A DNA stretch of 45,585 nucleotides from Candidatus Nanoarchaeia archaeon (GTDB lineage Archaea; Nanobdellota; Nanobdellia; Pacearchaeales; GW2011-AR1): positions 1-45,585 of the forward strand of contig JAQTOY010000003.1 of NCBI GenBank assembly GCA_028713045.1. The letters run 5' to 3'. Position numbers and translations under genes: made by a program. The notes below the pieces were generated by a model, which saw only the letters and a list, made by a program, of their open reading frames with translations, was not told the origin of the DNA and made no database searches. Below are positions 39,609 to 45,585 of the stretch, one piece after another (position 1 is the stretch's first letter; every line of letters starts with the position of its first letter).

Positions 39609-41885
39609 TTATTGAACAGGTTTTAATAATTCTAAAAGTAGAGCCTGGTAACTGACTACATCTTGTAAATTGTGATACACAATATTTCTAACCCGTCTTG
39701 TGGATTTGTTAATATCTCCTTCAACTCGAACAAATTTTGTTTCTGGTTCCCCTGTTTTTGAATCTGTTTTTGGTTCTCCATGTTCATCCATTACTGGCTC
39801 TCTTTTTAATGTATAACCTCTTAGATAACAATGATAAGTTGAAGGGATTTCCCTGCTCGGAATATCTCCCATTCTGGTATAGCCCCAAAGATGTTCTTCT
39901 AAGGTTATTAACTTATAATCTGGCAGTCTTAATTTTGGATCATATTTCGCTTGATTTTTAGCTGCATCCATCAAATCAATATGCCTGTCTCCTAAAACTT
40001 CTTTTAAGGATCTAAATCTTTCTCCATTTAATTTAACTCCATTTGCTATTGCTCTTTGTGTTAATCTTGGTAAGTCAAAGTTACCATTATATGTCAAGAC
40101 TATGGAATCTGGAGTTAATTCTTTTAAGAATTCTGAAATTATTGCTGCTTCTTGAGAGTAATCTCTAGCTAGTAGAACTCTTGAATCTAGTTTTTTTCCC
40201 GTGAATATGCAATATCCAATACTTAATATTGGATCTGAATAGGCTCTTCCACAGGTTTCTAAATCAAAAGAAACAACTCTTAGGCCCTGATCCGTTAGTT
40301 CAAATTGCGACAATATCGGAAACCTCTGTTTTAAATTATCTGCTGTAAGTTGTTGTCTATTTTTAGCAATAGCTTTTTTAATAGGATTCTTTGGTAATTC
40401 ATTAAATTTTCTTTGATATGTAATATATTTTCCTTTGGAATTAGAACCTGTTCTCGATTCAGGGATATCTAATCTTGGTACCCTTGTTTCATCAATTCTT
40501 TTTTTAGTTTTTAATTTTCTTGCTCTTTGGTTTAAAGAATCTAACATTTCGCATAGCCAGGTTCTCCTTTCCCTATTTCTTGGTCTTAGTAATAAAGATG
40601 GATGTAAAAGTTCTTTACCAAGAGATTCAATGGCATCAAGGTTTACCCTTGGGACAAGGTCTTGTATTAAGGATTTATCTTTTTTTATTCCTGCGAGAAC
40701 TTGTTCTAGGGTTTGGTAAAATGTTTCATAGGTTACAAGATTTATGCCTGCTTCAGCAAGGTCTGATTCATATCGGGAATATAAACGTCTTGGTTGCAAA
40801 AGTATTAAGGTGCTATCAGAAATCGGCCATCCATCAGCCCAATTATTATTTCCAGGAGTATATCTTCCAATTATTTTCCGCATGCCTACTGGATGCAATG
40901 CTCCAATTGGAGATTTGACTTCTATTGAATGATCTCTTATTCTAAAATCTGCATAAACATCCTGTCCATTGTGATGGAATAATCTTTCAGATTCTTCTGT
41001 TTTTAATCTTCCTTGAGGAATCCAAGGAACATTTAATCCTAATGTATCTGCCCATGTCAATACAAATTGAGCCAATCTTTCGGTTAATCTTGAATATTGT
41101 TTGGATGATCCTTTTGAAATCCTGAAATCTTCTAAACTAAGTCCAGTCAATTGTTTTATAACTTCAGATCTTGATCTTGCATGAAGAGATCCGGATCTGG
41201 CTATTAAAACTAAATCATTTGAAGCCTTTCTTTCTTCAGATCCAATCGGAGTTGTTGCTAAGTAGGATGGAGCTATGAATCTTCCAGAACAATACCAATC
41301 CAATAATGTTCCTGACAAACACTCTTGATTTTCTTGGGTTATTCTATCAGATCTATGATTTCTTGAGACAAGGACACTATAGGCAGAGGAATAAGGAGGA
41401 TCCATATTTTCTAGAACTCCCTTCATGCCACCATAATGATTATGTGCGGCCATGTATTCAACTGGATGTGCTGCTTTAAATTTGCAGACAGTTCTTTCTG
41501 TTCTTTGTCCTGATTTAACTATTCTTTCTAATTCAGGTTTTGGCCAAAATTTCCTTATTTTTTGTTCAATTATTGTCAAAGGAAATGGCTCATGTGGCCT
41601 AATACCTAATGCTTTTTTCCCTTCAACCATACTTCTTCTCCCAGTATAAACATATCCAAGCCATCCAAGCCAGGTATTAGTTGTGTAAGAACTTCCTCCG
41701 TCTCTTTCTATTTCTTGATAATATCTAGCTTTTATCACCCTCTCGGATGGAATCACAATAGACTTTTTTTTCTCTGGCGAGGGGCCTTTATCCTTTAATT
41801 TATATTTGGATTTTTCTTTACTTCCCTTGAAATTATTAATCTCTATTACTTTATTCCCTCTTTGAAAAACTGATCTGAAACCCAT
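39609..41885 (-). CDS. 758-aa multidomain nuclease-like protein: unassigned N-terminal ~330 aa, PD-(D/E)xK-like middle, C-terminal YprB/RNase_H_2-type DEDD exonuclease fold
   Basis: C-terminal 'VVSFDLETCG', 'LTYNGNFDLPRL', 'HIDLMD', 'TLEEHLWGYTRMGDIPSREIPSTYHCYL' and 'YHNLQDVVSYQAL' parallel B. subtilis YprB. The middle carries 'DVYADFRIRDHSIEVKS'. The ATG is 4 nt after the dnaG stop. Confidence 0.65.
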   Translation of the reverse strand: MGFRSVFQRGNKVIEINNFKGSKEKSKYKLKDKGPSPEKKKSIVIPSERVIKARYYQEIERDGGSSYTTNTWLGWLGYVYTGRRSMVEGKKALGIRPHEPFPLTIIEQKIRKFWPKPELERIVKSGQRTERTVCKFKAAHPVEYMAAHNHYGGMKGVLENMDPPYSSAYSVLVSRNHRSDRITQENQECLSGTLLDWYCSGRFIAPSYLATTPIGSEERKASNDLVLIARSGSLHARSRSEVIKQLTGLSLEDFRISKGSSKQYSRLTERLAQFVLTWADTLGLNVPWIPQGRLKTEESERLFHHNGQDVYADFRIRDHSIEVKSPIGALHPVGMRKIIGRYTPGNNNWADGWPISDSTLILLQPRRLYSRYESDLAEAGINLVTYETFYQTLEQVLAGIKKDKSLIQDLVPRVNLDAIESLGKELLHPSLLLRPRNRERRTWLCEMLDSLNQRARKLKTKKRIDETRVPRLDIPESRTGSNSKGKYITYQRKFNELPKNPIKKAIAKNRQQLTADNLKQRFPILSQFELTDQGLRVVSFDLETCGRAYSDPILSIGYCIFTGKKLDSRVLLARDYSQEAAIISEFLKELTPDSIVLTYNGNFDLPRLTQRAIANGVKLNGERFRSLKEVLGDRHIDLMDAAKNQAKYDPKLRLPDYKLITLEEHLWGYTRMGDIPSREIPSTYHCYLRGYTLKREPVMDEHGEPKTDSKTGEPETKFVRVEGDINKSTRRVRNIVYHNLQDVVSYQALLLELLKPVQ

Positions 41886-41889
41886 CTTT

Positions 41890-43668
41890 TTATTCTAGAT
41901 TATCTCTAAATCTTTTATATAATTTTAATAATTGTGTTGCAGTTTTATGTCTTCCGGCTCTTCTTACTAAATTTGCAGTTTCGCATGCAATAACCTCTGC
42001 TAAGGGCTGAAAAAGTTCTTGCCGGTTTCTTATCCTAGGCCCTCTAACAGTTCCGAGCATTGTTAATAAGGTTTTTCTTCTTAAAGAAGGTCTTTCTTTC
42101 TGTAAATCATCAAGCATTTCTCTCCTATATTTATCTCCCAATGCATCCCCTAATAATTCGTATCTTTCTGGAGTATAATTTTTTAGAAGATATTCATAAA
42201 CTGCTCTTGCTTCTGGCATTTTTAACATTTCTGGATCTAAACAATTTTTTAGAACCTTTAACTCAACAGGCATTTGCAGTAATCTGACTATAAACATTGT
42301 TTCAAAATGATTTCTTCTTTTGAGATTTCTCATTCTTTGATATAAGTAGCCGGTCCCCAATATTACTGATTCAATTACATCCTTAGGCATTCTTAATTTG
42401 CGCTCTAATCTTGATAGGTATATTCCGAGAGCATGCTCTGGCATTTGCGCCAAGTCTGGAGATACTCTTTCTAAAAATGTCTGACAATCTTCAGGAACAG
42501 TCAGATCTAGTCTAGTTTTGTCCTTTAAATCATATTTTCCTAATTGACAGGCAACATAATAATCAAAAAGGGATTTTCTTTTTTCTTGAGCCAAAGATTG
42601 TGATAAAGCTGTTAAATCCCCGGTCTCGCGGATTAAATCTGCAGGATCTTTGCCCTCTGGTAAAAAACAAATTCTTGAATTTGCTCTTGCTATTAGATTC
42701 TTAGAAACATTAAATGCTCCTTGTCTTCCTCCTTTGTCGCCATCAAAAACCAAGACTATTGGATATCCTGGATATTTTAATTTTAATTTTTTAGTTGATT
42801 CTACGGGTAAGGCAGTTCCACATGGAGATAAGATGTTATCAAAGCCATGTTGTTTTGCAAGCATGATATCAACATAACCTTCGACAATAAAGATTTCTTT
42901 TTCTCTTTTTATTGCTTCATCAGTTTTTTCATCATAACCGAAAAATACATCACTTTTTCGGTAAACAAGAGTTTCAGGGGAGTTTATGTATTTTGCAAAA
43001 TGATCTCCTATTTCTGGAAAGATTCTTCCTGCAAAAGCAATGGTTCTGCCCTTTTCATTTATTATTGGAATAATAATTCTTCCTCTAAATCTGTCATAAA
43101 CTCTTCCCGATGAAGGTGATTTTCCTAAAATTCCTGCTTGTTCCAGTATTTCATTTCCAAATCTTTGAACTGTAGTTGTCTGCAAAAATTGCCATTGGTC
43201 AGGAGCATATCCTAGCCCGAATCTAGCTATTGACTCATCAGTTAAACCTCTTTCTCTTAAATATCTTAATGCATCAGGATTTCTTTGTAATTGTTGTTTA
43301 TACACTCTTTGTGTTTCATCTAAAGCTTCTAAAATACCTTCTCTTGATTTCTTTTTTTGTGTTAAGGCTGGATCATAATCATCTTGAATCGGAATGCCTG
43401 CTCTATCCGCTAACATGAATAATGCTTCTTTGAATTCAACACCTTCTTTTCTCATAACCCAGCTGAAAACATCTCCTCCAACATCACATACCCAACATCT
43501 ATAGGTTTGTCTTTCTGGATTAATTTGCAAAGAAGGTTTAGTATCATCATGCCATGGGCATAATCCATTATAATGTCTTCCGGTTCTTCTTAGATTGATT
43601 TCTGCCCCTACGAGCTCAACAATGTCACTTGCTTTCCTCACTCTTTCTTTTAAATCATTACTAACCAT
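41890..43668 (-). CDS. dnaG: Bacterial-type DnaG primase (CHC2 zinc finger + RNA-polymerase core + Toprim) with unassigned ~200-aa C-terminal region
   Basis: 'CPWHDDTKPSLQINPERQTYRCWVCDVGGDVFSWVM', 'IFIVEGYVDIMLAKQHGF', 'VLVFDGDKGGRQGA'. Confidence 0.9.
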   Translation of the reverse strand: MVSNDLKERVRKASDIVELVGAEINLRRTGRHYNGLCPWHDDTKPSLQINPERQTYRCWVCDVGGDVFSWVMRKEGVEFKEALFMLADRAGIPIQDDYDPALTQKKKSREGILEALDETQRVYKQQLQRNPDALRYLRERGLTDESIARFGLGYAPDQWQFLQTTTVQRFGNEILEQAGILGKSPSSGRVYDRFRGRIIIPIINEKGRTIAFAGRIFPEIGDHFAKYINSPETLVYRKSDVFFGYDEKTDEAIKREKEIFIVEGYVDIMLAKQHGFDNILSPCGTALPVESTKKLKLKYPGYPIVLVFDGDKGGRQGAFNVSKNLIARANSRICFLPEGKDPADLIRETGDLTALSQSLAQEKRKSLFDYYVACQLGKYDLKDKTRLDLTVPEDCQTFLERVSPDLAQMPEHALGIYLSRLERKLRMPKDVIESVILGTGYLYQRMRNLKRRNHFETMFIVRLLQMPVELKVLKNCLDPEMLKMPEARAVYEYLLKNYTPERYELLGDALGDKYRREMLDDLQKERPSLRRKTLLTMLGTVRGPRIRNRQELFQPLAEVIACETANLVRRAGRHKTATQLLKLYKRFRDNLE

Positions 43669-43720
43669 AGTGAAATTCTTAATAAAAAATGATTAATAAG
43701 GTTATTATTCTCTGAAATAT

Positions 43721-43734
43721 ATTCTTTAAAGAAT
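43721..43734. promoter_or_regulatory. 14-bp perfect palindrome ATTCTTTAAAGAAT between hisS and dnaG
   Basis: It lies 53 nt upstream of the dnaG ATG and 76 nt downstream of the hisS stop. It could be an operator or a hisS 3' hairpin. Confidence 0.3.
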
Positions 43735-43809
43735 AATCATAGGAATGATAACAAGTTAGTTTACTTAATTCTAGATATTCTCTTTAAATCTATTAAATCT
43801 CTGAGAAAT

Positions 43810-44973
43810 TTATTCATTAATCCTTAATATTTTTAGAAGTTCTTTCTCTCCAACCATTTTCTCTTTTCCAGAAGCCATGTTTTTAAGCTTGAATTTTTTC
43901 TTTTTCACTTCTTCGTCGCCTATGAAGATTACAAAAGGAATCTGGTAGGAGTTGGCATATTCAAGGGCTTTTGAAGCCTTGTTGTACATTATTGTGCAAG
44001 GAATATTTTTGTTTCTTAATTTATCTGAAAGTTCAATTGATTTTTTATCCTGGCCTAGTGATATTATCAGGGTTTTTTTATTTTTAATAGGCATTTTTGC
44101 TAAAACTTCTAGTCTATCCAGTCCAAAGGATATTCCTGTTGATTGGATTCCATTCACTAAATAAGAGCCTCCGGCAGTTATTGTTTCCTTCATCTCCTTT
44201 GAATCTGTTTTTATTTCAAAAACACTTCCGTTATAGTAGGATAATCCTCTTGCTAAAAAAGGGACAAAGTTTATTCTGACCTTAAAAACTGAACAGGCTT
44301 TTTTCAATTGCAATATCTCTTCATAACTCCTATATTTTTTGAAATAAGATTCTGGTTTTTTAAAAATAGATAACAATTTTTCAGCATTGAATTTCTTTAA
44401 ATTCTCTTCTATTTCTTTTTCAGAAAATTTGTCCATTTTATCTATTTCTCTTATAACTTGCGCTTTGTTCTCTTCACTTATGTTAAGGTCTTCAAGAATC
44501 TCATTTAAGAGTTTTCTATTATTTATGTTTATTACGAATTTGATACCTAATTTTTTTAGGATTTCAGAGGTTATTTTAAGAATTTCTGCTTCATCTTTTA
44601 TTGTTGAACCAATAATATCTACATCACATTGCGTGAACTGCCTCCATCGGTTTTCTTTTATGGGCTCATCCCTGAAAACACTTCCTATTTGATATCTCCT
44701 GTATGGAAGTTTTTTGTTTAAGGCAAGTCTTTTTAATTGAAATGTGAACTCATATCTCAATGCTAATTCCCGGTCCCCCCTATCTTTCAATTTGAAAATA
44801 TCACTTACTGCCTCATCATTTTGATTATTCCCTTTCACAAATTCTTCATACTCAAGAATAGGAGTTTCAACTGGAATGAAATTATACAATTGAAAAATAT
44901 TTTCAATTATGTTCCGGATTGCTATTCTTTTAGAGCAATCTTCAATGTCTCGAAAGCCTTTGACTGTTTCCAT
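43810..44973 (-). CDS. hisS: Histidyl-tRNA synthetase (short, 387 aa)
   Basis: 'VKGFRD', 'LRYEFTFQL', 'YRRYQIGSVFRDE', 'FTQCDVDIIG', 'GISFGLDRL'. Confidence 0.85.
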   Translation of the reverse strand: METVKGFRDIEDCSKRIAIRNIIENIFQLYNFIPVETPILEYEEFVKGNNQNDEAVSDIFKLKDRGDRELALRYEFTFQLKRLALNKKLPYRRYQIGSVFRDEPIKENRWRQFTQCDVDIIGSTIKDEAEILKITSEILKKLGIKFVININNRKLLNEILEDLNISEENKAQVIREIDKMDKFSEKEIEENLKKFNAEKLLSIFKKPESYFKKYRSYEEILQLKKACSVFKVRINFVPFLARGLSYYNGSVFEIKTDSKEMKETITAGGSYLVNGIQSTGISFGLDRLEVLAKMPIKNKKTLIISLGQDKKSIELSDKLRNKNIPCTIMYNKASKALEYANSYQIPFVIFIGDEEVKKKKFKLKNMASGKEKMVGEKELLKILRINE

Positions 44974-44974
44974 T

Positions 44975-45367
44975 TTATCTTAATATTTTGTTTATATTTT
45001 TATTTAATATTTTAATCTTTTTCATAATTTCTAAAATCTTTTTTTCTATTTTAATCTTATCATTACTTTCAATATCTTTAACTTTTATCAATATTGTTTT
45101 ATTTTTAAAAAGGGATTTAGGTACATTATCTGCTACAATAACAATCAAATCCTGTTTCTTTAATAATTTAGAACTCAAGGCTCTAGGAGTTCCATTTATT
45201 TTTAATTCTAGTTTTTTTGCAGTCTTTATAATTTGAGGGTCAATTGGATTTCCTTTTATCAATCCTGCGCTGGAACACTTTAGTTTCTTGTTTATCTTTT
45301 TAAAATATGCCTCAGCAATTCTGCTTCTGAATCGGTTATATTTGCATACAAATAAAATATTTTTCAT
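44975..45367 (-). CDS. Low-molecular-weight phosphotyrosine phosphatase / ArsC-like protein
   Basis: P-loop 'ILFVCKYNRFRSRIAEAYF' (C-x5-R-S). Its stop is 1 nt before the hisS ATG. Confidence 0.75.
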   Translation of the reverse strand: MKNILFVCKYNRFRSRIAEAYFKKINKKLKCSSAGLIKGNPIDPQIIKTAKKLELKINGTPRALSSKLLKKQDLIVIVADNVPKSLFKNKTILIKVKDIESNDKIKIEKKILEIMKKIKILNKNINKILR

Positions 45368-45585
45368 TTTATTTTTATCCTTGATTTATTAGTTTATTAT
45401 TATTTATTAAGGTTTCTTAATCAATTGAATTCAATTCTCTTAATAATCTTAAGTTTCCTCTTGATAAGGTTTCATAATTCAAAACTTCTTTATAGGCGCC
45501 TCCTTTATCGATCCTTATTCTGGTAGATATCGGATCAGGAGCCAAAAGAAATATTGAAGATGTAAAATTATCTCGCTATGCTTGT

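Noticed and set aside
39609-43668. The dnaG-nuclease pair as part of an integrated provirus, plasmid or genomic island.
   Set aside because: There is no integrase, capsid or terminase gene, no flanking direct repeats and no tRNA target next to it. It is flanked directly by hisS and a methyltransferase with normal spacing. Foreign origin is plausible, but a current mobile element is not supported.
1-45585. Could this window be bacterial, given sigma-70, zinc-finger DnaG, UppP, U32 peptidase and a GLUG protein?
   Set aside because: The core genes are archaeal: S24e, S27ae, RpoE', Spt4, archaeal two-subunit PheRS with a 552-aa beta subunit, an Elp3-family protein, class-III-signal pilins, and TATA-box/leaderless promoter geometry. 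The bacterial-type genes carry the same archaeal promoter geometry.
45368-45585. A partial gene at the right edge. The minus-strand frame ends '...KHSEIILHLQYFFWLLIRYLPE*'. The plus-strand frame 'VDIGSGAKRNIEDVKLSRYAC' follows a 'TTTATAGG' element at 45489-45496.
   Set aside because: The minus-strand fragment is only 22 codons. The plus-strand frame has no ATG where the 22-nt rule predicts one (about 45518). That is too little sequence to support either call.

Overview
AT-rich archaeal chromosome segment, most consistent with a reduced-genome DPANN-type archaeon (Pace-/Woesearchaeota-like). Archaeal markers include PheRS alpha and beta, GluRS, HisRS, an RpoE'/Spt4/S24e/S27ae cluster, Elp3, ScpA, archaeal-type UMP kinase, class-III-signal pilins and one tRNA-Trp. 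TATA octamers sit exactly 22 nt before many ATGs, which implies leaderless mRNAs. I call about 54 densely packed CDS on both strands. I saw no rRNA, CRISPR array, integrase or transposase. Main observations: (1) a bacterial-type zinc-finger DnaG primase sits 4 nt upstream of a 758-aa protein with a PD-(D/E)xK-like motif and a YprB-like RNase-H-fold exonuclease domain. (2) A bacterial-type sigma-70 gene has a canonical archaeal leaderless promoter and lies beside archaeal RNA polymerase subunit genes. (3) A perfect 117-bp direct repeat pair (period 606 bp) brackets an orphan ORF. (4) A 175-bp tandem duplication covers the promoter, leader and start of a 1514-aa Cys-rich surface protein, with a 103-bp perfect core. 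(5) A four-gene operon with overlapping stop/start codons encodes HTH, membrane, small and PIN-like proteins. (6) Several Arg-rich orphan ORFs have native promoters. All calls come from reading the sequence and the translated ORFs by eye. No searches or computations were run, so family names are motif-based and novelty cannot be verified here.
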